This document shows, in pieces, positions 11,970 to 24,300 of a stretch of DNA of 64,000 nt. A program made the translations under genes and the position numbers. The notes under the pieces were generated by a model. The model was not told the DNA's origin. It did not search any database and saw only the letters and a list, made by a program, of their open reading frames with translations. Source of the stretch: Leucoraja erinacea (Eukaryota); the NCBI RefSeq assembly GCF_028641065.1, contig NC_073408.1, positions 11,036,001-11,100,000 of the forward strand, given 5' to 3'. How positions within the stretch are numbered: the first letter of the stretch is position 1; the number at the start of each line of letters is the position of its first letter.

Positions 11970-12572
11970 GTGCAGTCCAAGGTCAATTGAATTCCAGTCA
12001 AAAAGGCACAACAGGGGATGTACTTTCTGCAGCAGCTGAGGAAAAATAATCTGCCACAGGCAATGATGGTCCAAATCTATACGGCCATCGTAGAGTCTGT
12101 CCTCACCTTCTCCATCACGGTTTGTCTCAGCCACCAGGCCCAACATCCGGATGCTGCAGTGAATTGTCCGATCAGCTGAGAAGGTTATTGGCTGCAACCA
12201 TCCCTCCATTGACGAACCGTAAACAGCAAGGGCCAGGAAGCGAGCGGGTAAGATCATCTCTGACCCCTCTCACCCTGGCCACAAACGCTTTGAATCACTT
12301 CCCTCTGGAAGGCGACTCCAGACTGTCAAAGCTGTCACAGCCAGACATAAAAACAGCTTTTTACCACGAGTAGTAGCTCTACTCAATAACCAAAAATCTG
12401 TAGCCTCCTTTTGCCCTTTAATTCACATGTTTAAACAATAATATTTTATTATCAATGTTTAATGTTTTATGTGTCATTCCTAACTGTCACTATGTCATGT
12501 TGTCACTTGTGAGCGGAGCACCAAGGCAAATTCCTTGTATGTGAATACTTTGCCAATAAACGTATTCATTCA
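11970..12572 (+). mobile_element. Rex1-like LINE 3' fragment
   Basis: RT C-terminal remnant (..QQGMYFLQQLRKNNL..YTAIVESVLTFSIT..) and AATAAA-(ATTC)n tail. Confidence 0.7.
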
Positions 12573-14034
12573 AATCAGTGCAGGTGAGAAAGAATTGGAG
12601 GACATTTTGCAATTATGAGAATATAAGAAATGGAAGCTGGTCTAAATTATTGCAGCCTTGCGCATACTCCACTGTTCAATAAAGGCTAATATTTTACCCT
12701 TTATTGAACAGTTTAGTTTACCTCAGTACTTCTTGCCAATTTTAACTTTGTTTCTCTGATTATCAAAAACTCTATTGATCCCTGGCTTGAATATATTCAG
12801 CAACTGAGCCTTCAGAATCCTCAGGTGTTGTGAATTCCAAAGCAACACTACCCTCTGAGTGTAAAAATCTCTTTTCATCTCAGACCTGAATGGCTAACCC
12901 ATTATTTTGAGATTATGACCTCAGCATTTACTGATGTCCACGGAAAAACATGAGTAAATAAAATAATATAAAAACTGCAAATGCTCGAAACCTACACAAT
13001 AACAGAGATAGAAACAATCAGCTGGTCAGGTAATATCTGCTGAAAGAGAAAAAGAGTTAACCTAAAAAGGTCAAAGATCTACTGTCATAACTAAAATGTT
13101 AAATCCATTTCTATCTTCCACAGTTGCTGCCTGACTGAATGAGCTTTCATCATTTCTGTTTTTATTTTAACATTTTGCCTGCTTTTACCCTTCCAAGCCA
13201 TGTATTTATGTTAAAATGTGATCACCTTTCATTCTTCTAAACTCTGGAAAACACAGGCCCAATCTCACCGCTTGCAACAATCGCACACTCTCGGAATCAA
13301 ACTGGTTTAGAGCCTTTGTTGCAATTCCTCTTCCCAAACAATATTCTTCCTTGGAGCCACAAGGTGCTGCAGATGCAGGAATCTTGAGTAAAACACAAAG
13401 TGCTGGAATAACTCAACACTTCCTTGAGTATGGACGTCAAAGCCCTATACAATACTCCAGCCGCAGTCTCTGGCCCTGTATACTTTCCATGAGATGTCTT
13501 AATTCTTACACTCAATTAATCTTGCAATAAAAGCCTATATAACAATTGCCTTCCTAAATGCTGCACTCGCAAACCATCTTTCAGTGATTCAGCCTAGTCT
13601 CTATAAGCCTGTCCATTTGAAAATATCACCTGTTCATTTTCCCCAGAGATGCTGCCTGATCCACTGCGTTACTCAAAATGATTTCATTTTATCATTCTAT
13701 CTTTGGTTTAAACCGGCATCTGTAGTGTCTTTCAATTATATTCTCTATGAACATTTGTAGCTTTTAATCTTATGTCATTTAAAAATCATACTTTCATACT
13801 TTAACTTATATATAAATTATACTTTATATCTGCACTTTACTATTGCTCTCAAGGAGGATAAACTCTGTATTTACTATCCCCTAAATGCAACATGAAACGA
13901 TTGCTTTTTCACAGCACCCTGTGTCTGTTTTTTGTGAACTAGCATCTCCAGTTCCTAGTTGTGAAGGGAGGACTGGTGGGTTAAATCGAAGATAGATACA
14001 AAAAGCTGGAGTAACTAAGCAGGACAGGCAGCAT

Positions 14035-14590
14035 CAAAGATTATAGCGAGGAGGAGACTGAAGAAGGTGACTGAGCTGTGTCCTTTCGCCCAGCTTGCAC
14101 CTCAGTCACAGGGCAACTGTTCCGCGATACGCAGTCAACAACTGGTATCCCCAAAAGTTAGGGAAACCAGAATATAAATGTTGCCTTTATTCCACGCATT
14201 TGAATGTTCAATGTTGCCTTTATTCCACGCATTTGAATGTTCACCCGACGCCGATGATCCAGCTTCGCGGCAGAGGGCCTGAGAACATCAAGTTGGCTGA
14301 GGAGGCCACATATAGACCCCGACCTCGGGTGGACTATGAGGGGGAGAACTGGATATTTTTAGTGCCTTCCCTCACAGTGAATTCTGCTGTGGGGGGACGT
14401 TTCATGTTGATTTCTATAGTGTACTGTTCTGTGTCTTTTTTCTTTTTTCTCTTTTTTGTTTTGTATGGATATATTGACATTTGATCTGTTCAATTAATTT
14501 AATCAATCTCTGTAAAGCACTTTGGTTCAAATACTGGTTTTGTTGAAAAGTGCTATATAAATAAAGATTATTATTATTATTATTATTATT
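14035..14590 (+). mobile_element. Retroelement 3' fragment ending in an (ATT)n tail
   Basis: tgtaaagcactttgg..aaagtgctatataaataaa-(tta)n; internal 33-bp tandem duplication at 14178-14243. Confidence 0.55.
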
Positions 14591-14705
14591 TGAAAACATT
14601 GCTTAGCATCTGTAATAAAATATGTCTCTTTGGTGACTTTTTTTGCAGAGTGGGAGAGAGAATAACTGAGAGCTGCAACTGTGAAGGGACCAAGCATTCT
14701 TGAAA

Positions 14706-14854
14706 GTACACAAAAATGCTGGAGAAACTCAGCGGGTGCAGCAACATCTATGGAGCGAAGGAAATAGGCAACTTTTCAGGGCGAAACGTTGCCTATTTCC
14801 TTCGCTCCATAGATGCTGCTGCACCCGCTGAGTTTCTCCAGCATTTTTGTGTAC
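14706..14854. repeat. Long near-perfect inverted repeat (Penelope-derived palindromic element)
   Basis: ~67-bp arms gtacacaaaaatgctggagaaactcagcgggtgcagc..gaaataggcaac and its reverse complement, with a short loop. Confidence 0.88.
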
Positions 14855-15211
14855 CTTCGATTTTTCAGCATCTGCCAAGTCAAGTTTATTCGTCACATAC
14901 ACATACGAGATGTGCAGTGAAATGAAAAGTGGAAAAATAAGCAGTTCCTTCTTAAACATTATAGAGAGGAGCTTTGGGCAGCATCTCTGGATAGGGGGCG
15001 GTTCGGTTCGGGTCTGAAGGAGGGTGCAACATTATTGCCTGTAGTGTTGCCGAGGCTGGTCCTCCCGCCGAGGGGGCAGTGGTGCAGTCAGGGAGCAGGT
15101 GTCGTTGCTGCTCCTTGTGGCGGCGGCGTGTGGCCTGGCAACCAGGACCAGGACCAGGATTAGGACTAGGACAGGCCGGGGACCAGGACCAGGACGGGGT
15201 CAGGAGGGGAG

Positions 15212-15337
15212 ATGGCGCTGAGCACCAGCGAGGACAGCACAGGCTCCGGCTCGATCTTCCCCGACCTGAACGCCGAGGATTCGGACGATTTGGGTCCGAC
15301 GCAGATCGAGAGTCTGTGCATGAACTGCTTCCAGAAT
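15212..15337 (+). CDS. ZPR1: ZPR1 exon 1
   Basis: [23 protein letters not shown]|gtgagt, in a CpG island. Confidence 0.93.
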
Positions 15338-18300
15338 GTGAGTCAGGGAGGTGGTTGAAGCTGATGTAGGGGCCGGGGGGCCTGGCATCAGTGGGAGGGT
15401 TAATGACCTGGGCATGAATGGGGTGGGAATGAGGGTGAAAAGCCAAGGCATTAATTGAGGGCTAGAGACCTGGCATTAATGGGAGGGTGAGAGTTAGGGG
15501 GGCTGGGCAATAGTGTGACAGTTGGGAAACTGGGGGTTAATGGAGTGAGAATTAGGATTATGAGCCAAGGCATTGAGTGTTACAAACCTGACATTAATGG
15601 GAGGGTGAGGGCTGGCGGCCTGGGCATTAATTTGGGGTGAGAGTTACAGGCCTGGCATTGATTGGGGAGGGTTGGGATGAGATAGGGGCCTGGCATTAAT
15701 TGGGGAGGAGAGGGATAGTGGGGAGGCCTGGCCGTAATAGGGGGTGAGGATCAGGGGCATTAATTAGGGGGTTGGGAGATCAGGTTTGGTGTGGGTTAAG
15801 GCCCTTGGTGCTGGCAATGATATCAATGGATGGAGAATGGGCAGTGGTGAGGATTTGTCATTGAAATTTAAGGTGAGTGGGCATTCATGGAGGATGGAGG
15901 TGGTCTACGGACAATTGTGGGGATCTTGGGGGTGAATAATGCAGATGTGGCCTGGGTTGCGGGTACTGGCAGAGGAGGGGGTTGAGTGCTGGTGTTGGTT
16001 AGGGATGATGAGGAAGTTTCAGAATACAGATATTTTTCAATCTTAATTTTGTTCACTTGTCTCTGTGGGGAATATTGTCAGGAATTGGAACAGGTTAGCA
16101 GAAACAAGGAACTGCAGATACTGGTGAATATACAAAATGTAGATTGCAATTTGTTGCCATCTTTATTAAATGGAAAGCAGCAGACTAGCTATTGTAATGT
16201 TCTAAACCCATTAGATATACTTGGGAATTACATACCTTTTTTTTGTTTGATGGATGATGCAGACCAATAATACCTTTGTTTGTGTTTGGCTATTAAAGGG
16301 GATGACCAGGTTGCTGTTGACAAAGATTCCGTTCTTCAAAGAAATTATTGTTAGTTCATTTGCCTGTGAAAACTGTGGTTGGGTAAACAATGAGATCCAG
16401 TCAGCTGGGAAGATCCAGGAGCAGGGAGTGCAGTACACTCTGCATGCTTCTTCCACACAGGTGAGCCTCGTAAACAATCCCAGACTCTTCTACCCTATCA
16501 TCATTGTATGTTCAAACTCCATTATCAGTTTGTTACCCTTTTCTGTATTGCTTCTGAAACTTGCTGCAGAATGATGATGAGACTTTTATATTATGCAGTA
16601 TGCCCCATGACCATGTGCAACATGGGAATTTGTTAATGTGCATCATAATCACCATGGTGTAGCTCACAATCCCCTTGCCAGGGATCGACCTAGGAGCTCC
16701 AACCACGGGATCCTGCGGACTTAACATCGTGGAGTTTGCAGTCCCTGGATAGAGCCCGACTTCGGAAGCTCCAAACCGCAGGAGCTTCGACCGCCCCGAC
16801 CAGGGGCCACAGTTTAAGAATAAGGGGTAGGCCATTTAGAACGGAGATGAGGAAAAACATTTTCACCCAGAGAGTTGTGAATCCGGAATTCACTGCTTCA
16901 GAAGGCAGTGGAGGCCAATTCTCTGGATGCTTTCTAGAGAGAGTTGGATAGAGCTCTTAAAGATAGCGGAGTCAAGGGATATGGTGAGAATGTAGAAACG
17001 GGGTACTGATTGTGGATGATTAGCCATGATCACATTGAATGTCGGTGCGGGCTCGAGGGCCAAATGGCCTACTCCTGCACCTACTGTCCAATGTCTATTG
17101 TCTATTGTTGCTTTTTTTAGTATGGCTGTATGGTAATTTGAATATCACTGTACCATAATTGGTACATGTGACAATAAAAGACCTTTGAAAAGTAAAACCC
17201 TATTGGGCGTAGCTGACTCAAGCCAGACAACTATTTCCCCCCCCCCATTCAAAATAAAAGGAGAGCTGCTATAGGAACTCAACGGGTCAGGTAATATCTG
17301 TGGATAGAAATGGACATTCGACATTTTGGGTTGAGGGCCTTGCTCTGGACTCTAAACCTGACCTTGAACATCATTCTCTGCTGTGTCCCAACCTGATGTG
17401 AATGTTTTACCAGAATGTTCACACGACTAGAACCCAATACGTTGTTGAGCTTGAGTTGGCTATCGGGGATCTACTTGTGACCACAAGTTAACGCCATTGC
17501 TGTGACCTACACAATATCATCTTACGTTTCTCTTACTTCGCTCAAGTTCTGCTGTTGGAAACCTTGCCCACCATTTAAAGTTAGCTTTTTGACCATTTCA
17601 ATGCTCTTTAATCTGGCCTCCTATGTAAATAAAGTCATTAAATCGCTGCAGCCCATTTTCTAATGTGTTCAGTTATTTCAGTCAAGACCTCTGTGTTGTG
17701 TCCTGGTTTAAAAAAAAACTTTATTTGCAAATTCCTTTTGTGTCCCTAACCCCATCTCTGAAATCTGCTTCCTTGCTGCTTCAGTGCTAAAGCCCTCTAG
17801 ATCTCTGTGCCCCTTTAATATTACCATCTGCAGCATCCCAGTTTTTGATTGCCCCTGCTTGCCTATTATGCCTCAAGCTCTCATAATGACAATTCTCCCC
17901 AATTCTTCCACTTTTGTTTCTTCACTTTTCTCCTAATGCAAGGCTACTTGAAACATGCTGCTTTGGTCAGGCTTTGTCATCTACTCTAATGCTTGATTAC
18001 CTGGCTTGCTGTGAAATCTTTGTGTGTATTCGCCACTCCTGTGAAACATTTTGATGATTTTCTCCATTTCTGGTGCAGTATAAATAATTGTTGTTGATGT
18101 GTTTAGCCAAAGTTTGGGTTTATGTTTGTGTTGCTAGGGTGGAAATGACACTAAATAGTTTTAAATCCTGAGGATGAATATTAGATCGCATTCTTTGATT
18201 GGAGCACAGTGTTATTTTCCATGTGGTTATTCTGAAAGGACAGTATACATGTGGCTAAGATTCTTTCAAGTTAAATAGCTTATAGGCTGAGATATAATAC

Positions 18301-21300
18301 TGGGACATATAATTACAGGGAAAAATGCCACATTGATATTTAATAACTTCATTTAGATTCTCAGACTTAATCTGACATTATTCCTGCTTTACTGTACTGT
18401 GCAGGATCTAAATCGCGAGGTTGTGAAAGCTGACAGCGCGACGACCAGAATCCCTGAACTTGACTTTGAGATTCCACCATTTACGCAGAAAGGAGGTAAG
18501 ACTACCATTGGATTAACCGATAAATCCCTGTAAAATTCGCAACTGAAGTTACAAAGGGAGTTGGGCATGATGGTGTCAGACCTGGTGTCATATCTTTAGT
18601 CGGAAATAGGATCCCGACCTAAAACGTCACCCATCCATGTTCTCCAGGGATGCTGCTTGACCCACTAGTTTACTCCTGCACTTTGTCTTTCTTGGGATTG
18701 TCTGTTGTAGGCATCAGGAATGTTTGCTTTAATAACATATGGGCTGAATGAAGATATGATTGAAGAGTTTAATTCTATAAGTGTATGAAGTTAGGGTATT
18801 TCAAGGATTATGTGTGGATTTGTCAATGATTCACTGTTTTTAACAAACTGAAGAATTAGTTCTCATACTGAACTATTCTGTTTCTGCAGCTCTTTCTACT
18901 ATCGAGGGTATAATCGACAGAGCAATTGGGGGTTTGGAGCAAGAGCAGCCTATAAGGAAGGTAAGTGCTTTTGAATAGTGGGGCATTTCCCTTGCGTTTG
19001 GGCTTTTCAGAACTAGTTTCACACTAAGTGCAAGAAACTTGATTCAGTTCTGAATGTGTGTTTCACATCTGTTCAATCAAAACCTCCCCCATCATTCAAA
19101 CCACTAAATGAACACCATTGGAAACAAAATCGATTTAAAAAAAGTAAAACTAGGGGTTGGTACTGCAGAAGCATATGATCCTTGGGAAAGAGGAATACTT
19201 TGAAGATATGAAAGAAACAATCAAATCTGAGCATAGATTCAACCCGTGAAATCTAGGATGAAGGAAGGAAAAGAGAAAGTATTCATAGGATGAGTACATA
19301 GAGTTCAAGAGAAGCTGGAGTGTTCAAGGAATTAATTCTGTGGATAGTATTAAGAAATTATATATAAGGAAGCATTGTGGAGAGATTAGAAGCTAACAAT
19401 AAGAGATTAACTATCAGATTAAAAGCTTGTACTTGTGTAGTCTCAACATGCTGAATTCCATCCCTTGATGTGAAAGCAGTAATCCAGACTTCAGTTAACT
19501 TTGAACTTTGCCAACAGCTCCTAAATCTATATCGTGCCATTTATTCAGGAACGTGACCTAATCAAATATTTTTTTAACTGTGTGCCTCTACGATTGCAGG
19601 CAACCAATCCGGAAGTGGCTTCCAAGGTTGAGGAATTCATTGAGAAGCTAAAGAAGTTGAAGGAAGTCGAGACTCCTTTCACACTGGTAAATGATGTGCT
19701 GCTTGTCTGTTGTGGTGTGTCACTGCTGATTTTCTTACAGTGGGACCGTGTTTGATTTCACATTTTGTACGTGTGCTGTCTACCCTATCTATGTCTCTCA
19801 TAATTTTATATACAGTGCTTTCAGAAAGTATTCACTTTTTCTGCATTTTGTTACATTGCAGCTTTATTTTAAAATTGATTAAATTCTTTTTTTTTTATCA
19901 TCAATCAACACACAATACCACAGAATGATGAAGCGAAAACAGGTGTTTGGAAAATTTTGCAAAGTGGTTAAAAAGAAATAACTGAAATATAACATTTACA
20001 TAAAAATTCAGACCCTTTTGCTATGACACTCAAAACTGAGCTTAGGTTCATCCTGTTTCCATTGATTATCCTTGAGATGTTTCTACAACTTGATTGGAGT
20101 CCACCAGTGGTAAATTAAATTGATTGGACATGATTTGGAAAGGCGCACACCTGACTATATAAGGACCCACAGTTGACAGTGCATGTCAGAGCAAAAACCA
20201 AGCCATGAAGACAAAGGAATTGTCCGTAGACCTCCGAGACAGGATTGTGTCGAGACACAGATCTGGGGAAGGGCATAAAACAATTTCTACAACATTGCAG
20301 GACTGAAAAAGCACAGTGGCCTCCGTCATTCTTAAATGGAAGAACTTTGGAACCACCAGGACTCTTCATAGAGCTGGCTGCCCGGCCAAACTGAGCAATC
20401 GGGGGAGAAGGGCCTTGGTCAGGGAGATGACCAAGAACCCGATAGTCACTCTGACAGAGCTCCAGAGTTCCTCTGTCACCAAACGACAGTTTTATTTATT
20501 TATTGTTTCTTTTGCCTTGTACAGATTATTGATGATCCTTCTGGGAACAGCTTTATTGAAAATCCGTATACCCCTCAGAAAGATGAGGCCTTAACAATTG
20601 CTTATTACAAACGAGATGCTAAACAGGACAGTATGTTGGGAATCCAGGTAGGCACAATTTCACAGGTGTGTATGTAGGCTAAATTATTAGCGTATTGTTA
20701 ATTGTGTGCTTGAGATTGTTGGTTTTGATCATTAATTTAATGAATTGGAAGTGGCCAACAAATTGGTGGACTTCTGACTGAAAACATTCTAGACGACCCC
20801 CCCTCCCCCCTGGTAAAATCCATTCAAGTAAACTCAAGCAATTATTCGAGGGGATGCCTATAGCAGTGAAAATAACATACTGAAGAACGTATACTGGACA
20901 ACAGCTATGTATTACAGTGTGTCACGTCTGATGTTCTTTTTTAAAATAAGAGTTAATCTTAGACTCATTAGTGGAGGAGCCTGTACCAGTTGCTATGGGT
21001 TTGGCTCAAAGTAGAGGAGAACCTCTGTACATTAATGAAACTGCAGCTTGTGGTGTATTTACTGGTGCAATTCCCTTGTATATATCATTCATGGTGCCTA
21101 GGAACCAATATAGGTAGAAGCTCCACGAATAACTTGACGCCTCCATTTCAATCTGAATAATTCCTGTTTTATTCCTTCCTTCCTTCCTTACTTCCTCGTC
21201 TGCCTGGCTGGCTTCCTCTGAGTGCATATGAGTAAACTATTTGATCTGGTAACAAGTTAGTACGATACCGCAGGGATCAGCGCTTTGGCCCCAGCTATTC

Positions 21301-24300
21301 TCGATCTATGTTAAGGGTTTGGCCAAGGGGAACTAATACCTTATTTTTCACATCACTGATAGTGCTAAACTAGGGTGGCATTGTGAATATGAAGGAGCAT
21401 ACAGGAGGTTTCAAGGGATATGAAAAAGCTGTGCATGAGAACATGGTAGATGGAATATAGTGTAGAAAATGTGAGGTTACTCATTCTGGTGTATGTAAAA
21501 TAAATGTACAGTGTTTGATAATCTGCAGTGTTGATGTTTAAAGGGCCTTAGTTGCTCAAGGGGCAGCAAGCAATTAAGTGGGCAAATGTTATTTTGAATG
21601 TGAAAGGAGTCTTAATGTAATTGTTTAGACTCTTGTGAGATTGCAACGAGAATTGTGTACAGTTTTGGTCTCCATACAAAAGAAAGATTGACCGAGTAGG
21701 TTCCAGGGCTGATGAGTTTGCCAGATCAGGACCAAGTGAGTGTACTGGCATTGCATCCGTCAAGAGTGTAGTAGAATGCGAGGTCTCATCAAAAGCATGT
21801 TGATTTCTTAAAGGATTTGACAGATTTGATGCAGTGAAGATGTTTCCTGGGCTGAGAAATTCAGTAATAGGCCATTTAAGATTGAAATGAGGGGAAATCT
21901 CTTCACAGGATGGTGAGGCATCTGAATTTTCAACCCTGAGGGGCTGTAGAGGCTCCGGCATTGATTCATTTAAAGTAGAGGTCAATTGCTTTCTGGACAT
22001 TGGCAATCAAGGGATATGGCAACAGTGCTGGAAAACGGAGCTGATGTAGATGATCCATCATGATCGTAATAAATGATAGAGGCGCCTCGAAGGCTCAAAT
22101 TGCTCCTATTTCTATCTTCTTACATTAGTAGTTGCGTCATGACAACTTTTTTCAAAACTCAAATTCTTGGCTCATATGGTGATACATTCTTCAAAAATAT
22201 TTATTTTGTGTGGCTATTACAGTCGGATGAATATCCAAAGCTGATTGTGGAGGTCCTGAATAGAGCCCAGATTCACCCATCCTTGGAGGTGAAGGCAACC
22301 TAGACTAGATTTTGAATTATTCGGTAGCCATTTGGAGTGGGACCATTGACTAAACAATGATGATGAAAACAAAATGAAGTCTGATCGCCAACGATCATTT
22401 TTTATTTGTTTGCTCTCGTTACAGGAATGTGCACAAGAGGAGAAGACTGAAAATACCATAACAGATTTAAGACATGAAGTAAGTTTTTCTGTGAGGACTT
22501 ATAAATACAATGTATTGACTGTTTCATTCTCTTGTATAGGATCTCCCATTGAGATGGAGTTTAATCACTCAGTTGCGATCAACCAGCCACACAGAAAATG
22601 ATCACATAGTATTTGGGCCGTGTGGAAGGAAGAAGGGAAATTGTGTTGATAAATTAAGAAATTTTCACTTTTTCCTATAGGTGCTGAAATTTCCTACCAA
22701 CTGTCCAGAATGCAATGCTCCTGCTGAAACCAATATGAAGCTAGTACGTATCCTTTTACACGTGTGTGAATTTGCAGGTAGGAATGAAGCTGTAGGGTGG
22801 ATTATATTGTTCAGCAACGGTTAAATGTTGGACATATTAATTTTATTCAAGTTATTTTGTTTAAAAAGTACAAAATATATATAAAATCTTTTGACATTTT
22901 TCTTTCATCCACTGATTGCATTTGATGGATAGTGTACATGCCTTTTCTTCTTGTTCTCTCAGAACTTTGAACACAGACCTATGTATTATGGGATCTTAGT
23001 GGTAGTGGATATATGTGTAACTGTATTCATGGCTACAGATATCTTGCTGGTAAGAATATCTGGTGAACACAGACCTCTTGTAGAAATATATTTCTACCTG
23101 TGGATATTTATAGTGGGTGCCATGTAGCTGTAAGGATTATATGTGTAAAACTGTAAGGTCATGGCTACAGATATCTTCTTGGAGGGGCTGAAGTGATTTA
23201 TGTTGGATTTACTTCTCCTGGGTGGGAATAAAACCTATGTTCAAGATTTTATTTTTCTTGTGAACACCAACAAGTAGTTTCAACCCGCAGATTCTTGATA
23301 TTGGTGTATTTCGTGTGTTATTTTTTTCTTCTCATTCATTTAATATCGCATCAAGAACGAACTTCTCATTATCGCACCAAGAACAAACCACACCATCAAT
23401 CTAATCATTTTTGTTGGAGTACTATGTTAGCAATCCTGGGTGGCAACCTGATGGTGGTAGGATAGTGTTGCTAGACACTAAAGGCTGGAGGATCTCAGCA
23501 GCTCAGGCAGCATCTCTGGCGAAAAGGAATAGGTGCCGTTTTGGGTCGAGACTGAGTCTGAAGGATGTCGACCCGAAACGTCACCTACTCCTTTCCTCCA
23601 GAGATGCTCCCTGATCCGCTGAGTTACACCAGCTTTCGTGTCTTATCTTCGGTTTAAACCAGCATCTGCAGTTCCTTCCGACACGGCATAGTGTTGCTGT
23701 TTGGAATGGTGAGCTAGACAAGCCAGTGTGTCTTCGGGAAAGGAAAACATTATCATTGTATTGGGGCACAGACCAATTACACATTACTGGGCTTAGTATG
23801 ACTAAAAATATATGGGCAGAAGGGCAAGTCAGCCTGTGATTCACCAGCTCTTTGTTGTTCATTTACTCTTTCTTTATTTACTAACTACAATGTCCAGCGA
23901 TAAACTAATGCATCACTCCATAATATGCTTTGACTTAATTAATCTGAAGTATTTCCTAACAAATAATGTGGGTGAAAATGTAACATATTTCGAGATTAAA
24001 GCTTCAGAATACATTGGAAATAATGCAACATTTTGGAATCACTTAAAAGATCAATCAACATCAGGAATGGAAAAGACAAAATGTTTTAAAATGTGAACAT
24101 ATCATAGTATATTTATGAAAGAATTTCAGCTTGTCCCACATTAGCAAGAACTGCAAGTCCCATTTTAAGGTGCTTGATCTCTGGAGGGAGGTGGTTACTG
24201 GTCAATGCATTTCACAGTTTTTTTACATTTTGAGGAGATGTAATTAAAGTGATCTGAAAAGTAATGTGCCTGCTTGGCAGGACTTGAAATGGCGTAACAA

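Noticed and set aside
11935-12020. 50-nt-period direct duplication
   Set aside because: Junction duplication at the 5' truncation point of a Rex1 fragment; a common retrotransposition scar.
14952-15451. Overlapping Pro/Gly-rich ORFs around ZPR1 exon 1
   Set aside because: By-products of a GC-rich, stop-poor CpG island and hexamer repeats.
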